This document shows, piece after piece, positions 38,607-51,950 of a DNA stretch of 64,000 bases. Numbering within the stretch: the stretch's first letter is position 1; each line of letters starts with the position of its first letter. The notes under the pieces are model-generated. The model was not told where the DNA came from. It saw only the letters and a program-made list of their open reading frames with translations, and searched no databases. Both the position numbers and the translations under genes were made by a program. Source of the stretch: Callorhinchus milii (lineage: Eukaryota); contig NW_024704742.1 in the NCBI RefSeq assembly GCF_018977255.1, positions 6,574,001 through 6,638,000 of the forward strand, read 5' to 3'.

Positions 38607-38938
38607 AGTCCTGTAGCTTAGTGGTTATAGCATTTGCCTCACAAGCGAGAGACCTGGGTTTGATTCCCCACAGGGCAAAACATTGGGCAAGTTTTCTTAC
38701 TCCACAGGCCTCTGTTTACCTAGCAGTAAGTAGGAACCCAGTTATTTGTTGATTGGCGGATCAGTTTTCCGGTGCTAATAATTCCTTAAAAAATAAAAAT
38801 AATTTGGTCATTTAATTCACAACTGTTTGTGGGACACTGCTGTACCCCATTGGCTGTCATTTCACTTTACAGTGTCCTCTGTGAAGCATTTGAGACATCT
38901 CGAAGGCACTATGTCAAAAGCAAGGATTATTATTATTA
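38607..38938 (+). mobile_element. Family A SINE
   Basis: gtcctgtagcttagtggttatagc head through caaggattattattatt tail. Confidence 0.92.
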
Positions 38939-39999
38939 TGTAAATATAAATATATATTATCGTTGCATATGGGGAATCATAGCCACACAATGCTCTTTGT
39001 GGTTCTTGGAGGAATATAGGATTGTGTTTTGCTGTTGAAGGAAACTCTGCAAAACCATCTTCAACGTTACACCTAAACTTATCTTAGCTAATATCCAACG
39101 TGTTTGGTCGATCGTTGAAAAAATTATAGATTACCAGACTCTATCCATTTCCTACATCAAGTAAATAACTTAAATAGATTTTTAACAATTTGCTCAGATT
39201 AATTTATCAACCACTTGAACCAATTGTGGGAAATTGCAACTTCCCATTATAATGCACGTAAACTGCAACCAACTCAAACTGATTATCCTTTTTGTTTTGG
39301 TCAGGCGGGTGTCTGACACATGCAGAAACCCATCACTTTGCTGAAGTGTAACCAAACCAGACTGAGAGTTCCACATAGGAATAAAACTGTATAGCTTGCC
39401 AATGCTGGCACTGTCTGGCAACCTTCCAGTTGTTTGTTCAGCTTGGACAATAATAATAATAATCCTTGCATTTGATATAGCGCTTTTCACGTCTTCTAGA
39501 CGTCGCAATGCGCTTCACAGAATATACTGTAAAGTGAATTGACTGTATATTTGTGGGCGAACGTGGCAGCCAAATGCGCACAGTAATGTCCCACAAACAA
39601 TCCTATGTGTTAGGGCTGGGATTTGCAGGTAACAGGAGCTGAATGGGAAGAATCCTTGCCCCGGTCTGCTTTCTGCCCAGCGTAAATGTTACTGATTACA
39701 AGGAAACTCACCCAAATGTTTGCTGCAGCATCTATCATATGCTGTTAGCATTTTTCAAGACAAGGATTATCAACAGCTGGTAAGGGCTTATACTTGTGTC
39801 ATTCTGACACTACTTTTATCTTCCTGATGTTGTACTTCAAAGGAAGTAATTATAAACAGAAACATACTGAAAACATATACTAAATATCTCTGTGTTTGAC
39901 CAACCAATCACTCTGATAAATATTTTTGTCTCCAGTCATCTTGGCTCAGGAATCCATAACACAAGTAGACGTCAGTGAAGTATGTGTTATGAAGAAACT

Positions 40000-40210
40000 C
40001 AAATAATTAAACGTCGACAAGGAGCCTGGGCCAGATGGCATGAGGATGTTCTCTAGAATCCTGAAGGAAAGAAGGGGAGAAATGATCATGTCTCTGATTC
40101 CTATTTGTTAACATATAAACACTGGAGTTACAATTGAGGACTGGGAGACAGTAGATGTCAACTCAATAAACAAGGAATGAAAGATCAAGCTAGAAAGTAC
40201 TGATCAATCT
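40000..40210 (+). mobile_element. Decayed CR1 ORF2 fragment
   Basis: gacaaggagcctgggccagatggcatg (DKEPGPDG) and agaatcctgaaggaa (RILKE), the pre-RT CR1 motifs. Confidence 0.65.
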
Positions 40211-40399
40211 GAATGCTGCACATTCAGATGTCAGCTTAACGTGTCGATGTTACACATCAACGTAATCCGTTTAAGTCTTGGAGCTTGAACTGATATAGTC
40301 TAAGCAGACACTCCAGTACAATGCTGGAGGAAGAATTATATTCTTAGAAGCTTCCATTCTTTGGATAAGACGTTAAACTGAGGTTCCGTTTGCCTATCG

Positions 40400-42290
40400 A
40401 GAGTACAGCATGGAAACACGTCACTCAGCCTTACCAGTCCAAACTCCACACGAGGCTCCACCAATTCCTTTACTCCCTCCCATACTCTTCTATTCCCTCT
40501 CCATCATATATCTCCATCATGTGAAGCTCTACCTTCTTGCTGAATGCATCTACACCACATGATTCAACCACTACTTCAGGCAGTGAGTTCCACAATCTCG
40601 CTGCTCTCTGTGTGAAGTAGTTCCTCCTAAATTCTGTTTTTGAACCTCTTGTTGCTATCGTATCGTTTTGTTCCCTAGTTACGGACTCTCTAACCAGTGG
40701 AAACTGCCTATTTATGTTACCCTTAATTGAACTCTTTTATAATTGTAAACACTTGTATGATGTCCTCCCTTAAACATCTTGTCTCCAGGAAAAAAGGCCT
40801 TAACATATCCAATCTCTCACGATAGCAGTAACCTGCCAGTCCTAGTATTATCCTCGTAAACCTATAATGTAATAAAAATAATAATAATCCTTGCATTTGA
40901 TATAGCACCTTATCACATCTTCGAGACATCTCAAGGTGCTTCGCAGAATATACTATAATGTGGATTGGCTGTATATTTTGTGGGTAATACGTGGCAGTCA
41001 AATGCACACAGCAGTGTCCCAAACACAATTTTTTTAAAAAAAGGGATTATTACCCTCGGAAAAACGATCTGCCAATCGACTAACAACCGTAACTGCAATT
41101 GTACTCTTTCTATTGCTGCTATGTCCTTTTTATAGTCTGAAGACCAGATACTCCAAATGTGGTCTAACCAATGTTTTGTATATATTCAATATCACCTCAT
41201 CACTTTTATATTTTATCCATTCGCCCACAAATATACGGTCACTTCACTTTACAGTATATTCTGTATAGCGCTTTGAGACGTCTAGAAGACGTGAAAAGTG
41301 TTATATCAAATTCAAGGATGATGATTATTCTTATTCTTCTTATTATTATTATCTGGATATCAAGCCCATTACCCTATTTGTTCTCTTTAAACTTGTTTAA
41401 TTTATTTAACCTGGGATATGGTCACTATCTCCGAGATGTTTCCCCATATTTAAATTTGTGACATGCTCTGGCTCATTGCCCATATCTAGGTCAAGCAGTA
41501 CTTTCCCTCTTGTTAGAATTTCAACGTATTGAGACAGACTGGAGCACTGTACATATTGCTGAAACCCCAACCCCCCCCTCCACCTTCTCGCCTCCTACTC
41601 GCGCTTTCTGCCAAACTATCTGGGGATAATTGAAATCCCCTATAATTATGACTTTATTATTTTTGCTCATTTCCCTTATCTGCCTGCATATTTCTTCTAC
41701 TTCTTTTCCGCTGTCGGGTGGCCTGCTGTACACCCCCAATAGCGTGGCTAGTCCTTTTTTTTATCATTTATCTCTAACCAGATGGATTCTATCTCTACCC
41801 CCTCATTATTTATATCCCTCCAGTGTGATTATAAAGCCTCTTACCAATACTGCTACCCCACCACTACTTTTCCTTTCTCTGTCCTTTCCAAATGTATTAT
41901 ATCCTACAATATTTAATCGGCAATCATGTCCAGGTTGTAACCATGTTTCTGTTAATGTAATTACATCCAATTCTTCATGTTTGATTACTGCTTCCAGTTT
42001 CCCATTTTGTTTTTTGTGCTCTGTGCATTGGAGTACAGGGAGTGTAACAGACTCTGACCTTATCCTGTTTTCTTGTTATTCTTCACTAAGATCTAACTTT
42101 TTTTTATTTCTCTCGCTATATTTTCTCTCGGACTAGCTTTCTCTTGAATGCACCTACGCTATCTGATTCAACCACTGCTTCAGACAGCGAGTTCCACAAT
42201 CTCACCACCCTTTGTGTGAAGTAGTTCCTCCTAAATTCTCTTAATGATCTCCGAGTTACTACCTTATATTTGTGTCCCCTGGATATGGAT
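40400..42290 (-). mobile_element. Mosaic of CR1 fragments (3' ends at about 40400-41200 and 42140-42290; endonuclease at about 41500-42030) interrupted by family A SINEs (40875-41090 minus, 41220-41350 plus)
   Basis: ORF 41521-41739 GVYSRPPDSGKEVEEICRQI...IIIGDFNYPQIVW is the CR1 apurinic endonuclease; gagttccacaatctc...tgtgtgaagtagttcctcctaaattct is CR1 3' sequence. Confidence 0.88.
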
Positions 42291-44099
42291 AAGATAGCGA
42301 TGAGGAAATCTAAAAGAGAAATTAGGAGGAACTTGTGTACTTCAAAAACTTACTTCAGAATTTAGGAGGAACTATTTTGATCGATAACAAATACTTACAC
42401 TGCATAAAGCAAAGTTCACTTCCTACCTACGTGTCTCACACATTTATGGGTACTTCACCTTTATTTATACACCTTTCAGAAGGCAACTATGTTCTAAGAG
42501 AAATAGGCCATTTGGCCCAGCGAGACATTCCACATGTTAATAGATGATAGCAGGTCTCTTAAATTCCAATTCACACTTTATGTTGGCACTTTCTAGCAGA
42601 TGTTGTTAACTTTTTTTTAAGATCTTGCTGTCATTTATTTGATACCCATACTCTGCTGTGTTATGCATTGTGATTCCTCTCATTCTTCCAATAAAACTAT
42701 TCATCATACGGAGATCTGTTCCCTGGCTGTTATGGAAGCTGGGGGGGTAGGGGTGGGGGGGTGGGGGGTGGGCGCTGGGGAGTTGAATTCAGCTGCAAGG
42801 AATGTTTGTGGAAGATAATATTGTTACTGGGGTTCTGCACGCTGGCCATAGGCATGTTCTGTACTCTGGGATAACACATGCCCTGGGAGCCGATATACAT
42901 TGACAAGCATTACCTTGCCACTGGCCATTTGGCAGAAGCCAGAAAATCTGGAGCCCCAAGTAGATCCCAAGAGGGACTGAATTCTTCACGTTGACTGCAT
43001 GTTGCGTCGAAGTTTGACATCGAAAATCGAATACATTTGTGTTGTCACACAGCCAATAACTGGGAGAGGGTTTGAAAGAACACCTCACTTTTTTTTTTCC
43101 TCCTTCCATAATTGCCATTTTCAAACGTGTGGAAGCAAAATACTTCTACAGCACAGCAACATGCCCTTCCTTGACCCCATGCATCCCTGAGCAATTCGCT
43201 GATAGCCACAGGATGCTAATTTGCCAACCTTTCCTTCTCATCGGGTCGAGAATTTTGTTTGTGCGTCTTCCCCGATAGCCACGGCAATCAAGTATCTCAT
43301 ACGAAGAGTGGGTCTTAGGTTTCTTTCAGATGTTTCCAGTGATAGTCGCACATGCCTAGATCCATCTCTTTGGAACTAGCTATGGATGTGTCTCTAGTGT
43401 TAGACAGCAGAAGCATGCAGAAGCATCATTAATTTGTTGCTAGGTCCTGACAGCACTGTTAAAATTCAAACCTACTTTCTACATTATATGTACTGGAGTA
43501 TCATTCCCTTTTAACTATTGCTCTCTGAAAGTGAAATATTCACTGCTGTAGATCAGGTGCCTGCTCCAACTCTCCTTCTTGTCCTTTTGGTGATCATATA
43601 ATAATAATCCTTGTATTTGATAAAGTGCCTTATCACATCTTTGAGATATCTCAAAGCGCTTCACAGAATATTCTGTAAAGTGAATTGACTGTATATTTTT
43701 TTCTTGGAGAAACATGGCATCCAATTGCTCTCAGCAGTGTCCCACAAACAGTCGTGGATTGAAATAACCAATTTATCATTATTATCACGGGAGTAAGGTT
43801 ATACTGATCACTAAAACTTTGTTGGACATTGCTACGTGCAATTCGCTGCCACATTAATTTACAAGTACACAGTATTACAATTGACAGCAACACTATGGAT
43901 TTGTATGTCCTCGCAATGTGAAAGGTGCCAGATCAAATGCAAGGATTATTGTTTAGAAATACTGTATTCCCGAATTTAGAAGGTTTTTTGCATGAAATAA
44001 AATTCCCTGACTGCTCACATACCTTTCATTGAAATTTATTTAAGACGATTTCTCAGTTATTGCCTCAGGGCGGGATTGCTGTGATTTCTACACTGACCT

Positions 44100-44450
44100 A
44101 ATCTTTAAATCCTCCACAGCCTTGCTCCACCCTACTTCTGCGATTTCCTGAAATGCTACCAATCCGGTTACTCCATCCACTCAGGGGGCCCTGCTTCATA
44201 TCCCCCGCCCCAGCGTTGTTGGTTGGGGTCTCAGTGTATCTGCCCGCACCCTCTGGGACTTCATCCTGGACTCCCTATGATTCGCTGGTTCCCTCACCTC
44301 GGCCTCAAGATCTTGTTCAGTGACCGCGCTTTCAGCTATCATTCACCCCGTATCGCCCCCTCGCATCGCCGCCCCTTCGAAGGGGTAGGGTGGAAAACCT
44401 GGACTGCCCAGTACCTTCAAATGTCCTCCTGATGTGAAAGGCATCACATA
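44100..44450 (+). mobile_element. L2 LINE 3' end
   Basis: atctttaaatcctccacagccttgctccaccctac (cf. FKSLHxLAPPY) through tail tgtcctcctgatgtgaaaggc. Confidence 0.8.
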
Positions 44451-45302
44451 TACAGGAATATATATATACAAGAATATATATACATATAGTAGATACATAC
44501 TATATATGTATTGAATTGCATTGTAAACTGTGCTTTTATGTGCCAGATAAAGTTACAGCTGCTAACATCTTGTCTTCATTAACTCCAGGCCACGCATGCA
44601 TTCATTGAATGAGCATTTTTCTGTACATCTTTTTTGACATCTATTAATAAATGTCTTATGACTATTTGCAATTCAAAACTTTTTGGCTATCATACCTACG
44701 GTCAGGAATATTTCTACTGTTATCTGCTCTGTGGATGGGAGGCCTCTGAATCTGCCAAGAACTTTCATTCCCAGCAGGAGATAACAGAGATCTAAAACTC
44801 CCTTGTCTTCCCAAATGGTCTTAACCTTGACTGTGTCTGGAATGGCTCCAGGAAGCTCTGTCCGGAAGGCATTCTCGCATTATGAATTTCGTGTCAATTT
44901 GTTTTCCCTCACATTATGAATGTTGTGTCAACTACCTCCCTACACGCATACAACTAAAATGATTTAATTTCAAAGTATTATTAATTAGATTCGGTGTCCT
45001 TCAGATATTGTTTGCCCTGGTAACATAATCACATCAGTAGTTATAAATTCTCCACCGTTGCAATGAGTATTACTCACAACAAGGGCCCCCATCTCAAGGC
45101 AGCAGCCAAATTCTACTATTTGCCGTGCAGGGACAGACCAATTATCTACCTTGATGGTTCTTGTGTTCTCTGCCAAATGCTGCTAAGAGATGGAAGTGAA
45201 ATAGTATATTTTGTCCTTTTTTGCTGTATGATCTATATTTGCAAGTCCACATTCCAAGTTTTACCGATGTTCCATCACTACTGAAAGTTCATGATGTGGG
45301 TG

Positions 45303-45375
45303 CGGTGGGTGCGATTGGAGCTTTGAGCCAGATGTCCTTGAGCCATCCAGCTCAAGGCTCCAATTGCACCCATCG
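45303..45375. repeat. 73-nt hairpin, 32-bp stem with 9-nt loop
   Basis: cggtgggtgcgattggagctttgagccagatg / catccagctcaaggctccaattgcacccatcg: 27 Watson-Crick pairs, 3 G-U pairs (plus strand), 2 mismatches. Confidence 0.95.
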
Positions 45376-45616
45376 TTATGCCTGTGAACGTTTCTGCAAT
45401 CAGACGTCACATTATGGGGCTGTGCCAAGCTCCACAGTGAATGCTGATGCAGGAAGCCAACAGTTGCCAGTTACTTCACCTACCAGTCCATTGCCAGAAT
45501 GAACAGAGTGTTGATGTAACAAGAGCAATTTCTTCCAGGGTGCTGTTGACGTGAGTACTTTCATTGTGCACATCAAAGCAAAGATTATTGACCTTGTACT
45601 TTGACAGTGGGTGAAA

Positions 45617-45979
45617 TCCTGCAGCTCAGTGGTTAGAGAACGTACCTCACAAGCCAGAGACCCCGCTTTAATTCCTGGCAGGGTGCAATTTTAGGCAAAT
45701 TTCCTTACTCCACATGCCTCTTTTTACCTCGCAATAAGTAGGAATCGGCTGTTAGTCGATTGGCGGATCACTTTTCCAGGGAAAATAATCCCTAAAAAAA
45801 AGTAATAGTTTGGTTACTTAATCCACGACTGTTTGTGGGACATTGCTGTGCACAATTGGCTGCTGCATTTCATCCACAAATATGCAGTTAATTCATTTTA
45901 CAGTCTATTTTGTGAAGCACTTTGAGACATCTAGAAGATGTGAAAAACGCTATATCAAATGCAAGGATTATTATTATTA
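45617..45979 (+). mobile_element. Family A SINE, full length
   Basis: tcctgcagctcagtggttagag head through gcaaggattattattatt tail. Confidence 0.95.
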
Positions 45980-48900
45980 ATGGGAAACTGGGTCTTGTTG
46001 GAAGTTTTTGACATGGATGAGGTGATACAAAAGATCAGAACACAAATGATAATGTGTACCATTGTACCTCAGCAGAAGCTTTGAACTCAGTACTCTGACT
46101 TACCTCCTGTTGCTATCATCACCTCGGAAGAAAGTCTGAATGAGGTGAAGACTTGAATATATCTACTCATTGGACTTCATTATACTTCCACTGAACTTAA
46201 TTGAACTGGACTTTACTATGGTACATTGAACAATGTTACTATGGTCTTCAACTGCGGTGTTGCTCTGACATATGATCAGTTGTATTGTGTTGCAAGTAGA
46301 TATTTCATTGCTTGTATAGCCACACCAAATTGCAAGATATTTAAGTGACCATATATTGGCACAATTGTTTTCCCACATTTTCCAATGTTACAATCAAAAA
46401 CATGTGCTGGAATGTATTTGCTGGATGGCCTTTTGATTTTAGTTCATGATTGACGTTCGTTTATGGAATGCCCATTAACCAAAATCCATGAACTAATTGT
46501 TTGCATTTGTATAATTCTTCATAGAACAAGGGAGCTCAAAAAAGTTTCATAAAAGAGTGCTCTATGATTTCCAAGCTATTTAATAAAGCATTTTGGTCCT
46601 GTGTGAAAATGTATTGTAGGTTCTTCCTGAGAAGGTACAATCAATCTTTTTTATTGATAGCCCAATGCAATAACATTTCAAATAATAAATTCCTTTTCCA
46701 TGGGATGATGTCTTCGTAAGGTGTTCCATAAATTTACTATAAAGTGTAGCGACTGTATTTTGTAGGCAAATGCAAGAGCCAATTTGCACAGAGCTATTTT
46801 TCACAAACAATGACCAATTTTATTAACTGGTCAAATAAAATACCGGGAGAATTTTGTTTTAGGTCAGCCGGGTGTCTGACACATGTGGAAACCAATCACC
46901 ATGCTTAAGAGTATCCAAATGAAACTGAGATTTCCATGCATCCCACCTACACTGAGAGAAGCTTGCATCTCTTTTCAAGCAGTGCCAACGTAATGGTGTT
47001 CAGCACGCTACATGACGGTTTATGTTGGAATAAAGAGTGAGCATATGGTCATAAATAAATTCCTTAAATGTGCATGTCCGTGACACAACAAAAGTAGCTT
47101 TCCAAGAGCCACTCAATTTCGAGAGCTCAGCTGATATGAACACTTCTTTTTCCCTGTTGATAGAACTCAAGAGGCAATTCAATAGTTTTACTACATGCTT
47201 AGTAGGCCCTCTAAACTTGCACACTGATTAACTCTCAGAGCAACTCTCTCACTTTTGTTGCACTCCATTCCATGAAATATAGCCCACGTGGAATTTGGCA
47301 CAGCCTAACATCAAGCATACAGAAATAATCCACACTGTACCTCCCAATGCTAACAGGAAAGTAGCACTAATTCAATCCCTATTATTTTACACAGCAAAAG
47401 GGATGAGTGTGTGAAATGTACTATGCAGGGAGGTGTGAAGGTAGACCATTTCAGCTGTTTCAAGAGGGAATGTAATGGCTAATTGGCGAATAAATCATTT
47501 GAAGGGTATGAGAGATGGAACAGTGAATGGTACATTTTCTTTTACTTTGGAACAGGCTAGTTGGCCTTTCCTGGTTCTATATAACCCTGCATTCAAATAC
47601 ATTTTGCCTGCCGGTGTTTTGAAGACATTATTTTGTTTCACAGTTCCTCAATTGTTTATGTGCTGTGCCCATTATTCGGAGAAACAAGTTCATTCCTCCC
47701 AGCTGCTCCTACTAGATATCCTGAACAGAAATAGATTGGATGCAATGATACCCTAGAAGGAAAAGTAATAATAACCTGATGTACGATACACAACAACCAC
47801 TCATTGAGATAGGGTTGTGGTCTTGCAAAATATTGCTTATGTATGGTTTCTGCTTAAACAAGAGCCAGGGAGGAACAGTGCCGCATTGTGATGGCAGTTA
47901 ATAGCCGAGTCTTGGATGCATAAGAAGGTTCCTCAATTTCAGTGTTTTCTTTTGAAACAAATTCCTGATTTTGTAAAAAAAAATTCAGGTGAAAGTTCTG
48001 ACGAACTAAATGAATGTACATTTTCCAGGTGAAATTAGAAAGGGGAGATTCATTGTTGCAAAGCTTCATGCATTTATTTACTGGTTACATTGCTATTCAA
48101 ATTTATCTTAAAACAACACGACGACTATCACTTGTATTTCTTATCTTTTAATGGTATAAAGCAGGGAAAATAAGTAAAAACCAGTAAAGACTGTGTCAGA
48201 TATTGAGAAACTTGCAAAAATCATACCTAGAGTTCTTTCCCAATGTGAAAGGGGCTATACAAATGTAATTTTGTTGTTGTTTCAGCCACTGTGCTCTTGA
48301 AACTCACTCTCAAGATCCCTTTGCCTCTCTCCTTGCCTTTAAAACCTTCACATCGTTTGGACTGTCTCTGGCCAACATTCTCAAAGTTCCCTCTCCTTTG
48401 GTTATCTCCATCTTCGTCAAACATGCTGAGATATTCATCTGCACGAAAGCGCAAGCTTTTTTTGTGGGGTGAAATTCAGTAAAGAGAAGTGAAAGTTTTA
48501 CAAATCAGGGGTAAAGATAGCAGAGGATGAGAGGCATGCTTAAATAGATAGACACATCTTGGAAATGTGATTATTCCAATAGGAATGGTACTGGTATGGC
48601 TCAGCTGCAGATTGGCCTGTGGCTATAGCAATAGAAGGTCAGAGGGAGAACTTCTGAAGTAGGATATGCCTGGCAACCATTACAGTATAAATGGTCATAA
48701 CTGATTTGAAGAACCATCTAGTTTCTGCCTATTTTAAATGTTGTGTTCACTGCAGTGTACAGGAGTGATTGCTTAGCAGTATTACACATATGTTCATGAT
48801 CTACTCCTTTCTGGCCTGAGGTTCATTAATGTCAGCTGGAGCTACGAAACACATTTTTCCAAACCTGGAATGCTTGTGTCCTTCAAATGACTCTGGGCAG

Positions 48901-51689
48901 CCTTGCCAAAACATAATGCGTGTGTATTTAAAACAATATATGTACATTTTAATCACTAAAAATCCCCATAGCCCTTGCGTCAGTCTGAGTTTCGAATAAT
49001 AATTTATTTCACATATTTGTGTTGATATATCCTCAATAAAACATGGTGGTCAGAATAATGATTTATAAGCAAAGGTGAAATGTTCCGGTGCACTGTGTGA
49101 AGTAAGCAAAGCCATTAAGAATTTTGAGAGTCACGAGGACCAAAATTCCACCTAGTCTTAGGCCAGAAGGCCCTTTTTAAAATTTAAGGTTGCACACAAT
49201 TATGGAAAAATCTTAAATTCAGTCTTAATTTTTCGCATTTCTTAAAAAGAATTAGTTGTCAGCTTAAAACAGAATTTAAGGGTTGTTCAAAATTCTGTGT
49301 GTTCTTAAGTGGTTAAAGATTAATGTTCCTACTAGCTGAGACCTGGTGGACCTTTGTGCCCGGTATGTTATATATTAATGACTAAAATTGCTCAAAGAAA
49401 TGATTTGGTTTGATTTCATTTCAGTTTAACCCAAGTTATTCAACCTTGCCTTAGCCTGCCACCAGCGTTGTTTCTTTCTTTGGCTGAACATTATCATGAT
49501 TACTTGCCCAGGTCTTTCCACATCATCATTGGAGAGAACAAATCTAAATCACCTTCCATGCTCAAACCAAAGAACAAAGAAGGTTTATTCTTTGTTCAGC
49601 TTTATCACACTGGTTTGAATTCAAGGGAGATCTCAGAGGAGAAATTCACCACCAAGCTGATGGGAAACATTTGTCGATTTATTCATCTATTTATCTTGGT
49701 TATTTAAGAGTAAATACCGTACAAAAAAAATCCATTCGAAGGCATTACAGTAACTCTGGCAGCTCATCTGTAAGCCAGACTATTTGTGAACACTCCACAA
49801 TCTAATTCTCATTGATTGCTGTGGGAGATGAACTTCCTTCGAGTTATAAGTTTGAATACAGATGTTGCACTCTCGACCAGATGCAAGAATGCTCAATGAG
49901 CCATGCATTCCACAATTTGTTCCCCCAGCTAAAAAGTGAACTCTGACCCCAATATTTATGAGCTGTCTGTTAGGTCACGGCGATTTGCTTAGCTTGAACT
50001 GGGGGAAGGGAACATCACATACACTAAAAAAAAATAAACCTTGATTCATCCAATATTGTAATCGTTTATTTCAAAGGAAAATGTGTTCAGTTCTAGCTCT
50101 CTTAATATTTACATCAACACTAAAAGGCTTTATGGTAACAAAGCCAGTCAGACTCAATTTATATTATTAGAATCGGGGATGGAATTTATTTTTGATCAGC
50201 CAGGAATCAAACACATGTGGAAACTCCTTGCCACGCTTAAGAGGCCCCATTGCCAACTATTGTAAATGTATTCATTGGGTTACTGCAAACATTAAACCAG
50301 GCAAAACCGTGGCATCTTACCAGTACGAGGCAGAGGTGAGCTTCCCATTGCTTGTCCAGGTAGCGCCACTAAATAGGAACATTAATTTGTCGGTTATCAA
50401 GATCTGAGGAAGAATGATGCTTGATTTGAACCAGATTAAAATAGGCCTGCAGGATAATCAGTAAGGAAGCCAGCGAACCAGTTACCTACAACTGGAGCCC
50501 AGAGCTGGCACCAAAGAAACAAAGCCAGCAAGAGAACAACGTAAATTGTTGTCCCATCATTCTTCAAGATGAGAAAGATGAATTGCAGTGTCTAGAAAAT
50601 TGGATTGCTTCCTCTTTCATTTATGGAAATAATAATAATCTGTGCATTATCACATTGCTGTTGACAAGTCTCAAAGTGCTTCACAGGAGTGTATTTTGTG
50701 GAACGATCGAAGCAGCCAGTTTGCACTCAGCACTATCCCATAAACAGCCATGGAGTGAGTGATCGATTTTATTATATTTGGGGGGATTGTTAGCTCGGAC
50801 ACCAGGCAGCCTCAGCCCTCCCTTTGTTCCCTGGCCCAATCCTCCTTTCTTGAATCCCAGAGCGAAGAGGCTTGGAAAGGATCAGTTCCCAGCTTTATAC
50901 CCACAAGCTACTTGCAAATCAATGAAGATTGTCCTTGCAACAGAAAGTAGTCAAACAAGCAATGGAGGGCCACATAGGGGGATGTCTCTGCTAGAGCTCG
51001 CATTGCCAATAGTCAATTGAAGGTTAATGCATCAGCTGTCCCGTCACTCTCTATAGTGTGCTACCTGTGCTGCTCTCATCCTGAACAACTGCCATGGTAC
51101 CAGATTACCCATTTATAACATGTGCAACTTTAGGATTAAGTCAAAGGCTTTGCAACCTGCAAACAAAACAATTGTACTATGAATCACCAAGAATGTACCG
51201 CGTGACTACACAGCCAATAATAATATTAATAATCCTCGCATTTGATATAGCACCTCATCACATCATTGAGATGTCTCAAAGCGCTTCACAGAATATACTG
51301 TATGTTTTTGTGGGTGATTATTACCCCGGCAATCGATCTGCCAATCGACAAACAACCGTTATCTTACTTATGGCTAGGTAAACAGAGGCCCGTGGAGCAA
51401 GGAAATTTGCCTTGTTATGGCATTTACTGGAAATGCCAGTGATTTGCACCACTACAAATTTTCCAAATGAAGTTCTGGTACTTGCTTGCAAATGAAACAA
51501 GATGAAATGTTATTCTCTTTTGTACTCGCCAGTAAAAATAGACCAGAAATTCAAATCTCTATAAAAGAAGTTGGAACTGCAACAGTTATGCTGCGCTCCA
51601 CAGATAGACTCGATTTGAAACTCTGATTCACAGATCAAGAAGGCACAACCACAAAATCGGGAAGTCTTCTATGATAATGAAAGGCACCC

Positions 51690-51950
51690 CTCAGAATCGG
51701 TTCATGTTTGTCGCTGTCCCTGAATTCACATGTACCTCTGCCTCAATACGTCCCTACTATAAACTCTGGGATCTAAATTATACCTGTGTTCCTTAATAAA
51801 AACCAAGTCAAAAATAAGGGATTCCCTGTAACCAGATATCTATCGTACTAACCTTTGAAAAATCCTTTCTGACACCAACTAATTCCAGATTAAAATTCTC
51901 CCCAGCCAATGTAAATGCGTCCATTCACTGGAAGGAATCCCCGACTTATT
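51690..51950 (-). mobile_element. Possible very decayed CR1-like endonuclease fragment
   Basis: Minus strand RESLIFDLVF and, frameshifted, RDSDKH resemble RxxxxLDLVF and GxSDH. Confidence 0.35.

Larger units (their letters stand above)
44600..48070 (-). mobile_element. Near-full-length ancient Penelope-like retroelement fossil (N-terminus, RT, GIY-YIG, decayed hammerhead), interrupted by younger insertions at 45617-45979 and about 46660-46990
   Basis: Minus-strand motifs in PLE order: HLVRQNFHLNFFL (about 48000); GPTKHVVKLLNCLL and YDHMLTLYSNI (47210-47020); LQFGVAI (about 46320); SSLHLIQTF (about 46145); HPLSKYKVNNL...LEEIALV (about 45610-45520); NFQ**WNIGKT (about 45290-45255); TSIS*QHLAEN (about 45200-45165); cCTGACcgtAGGtatgATAGCCaaaa (44706-44681). 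Confidence 0.68.

Noticed and set aside
41630..42136. 168-aa plus-strand ORF
   Set aside because: Antisense shadow of the CR1 endonuclease fragment
43329..43364. Peptide DVSSDSRTCLD resembling an EGF-domain end
   Set aside because: No other cysteines in EGF spacing, and a stop follows within a few codons
46104..46140. Consensus GAG|GTAAGT donor with a nearby acceptor (32 nt, minus strand)
   Set aside because: Lies inside the PLE fossil and is not frame-preserving; likely chance
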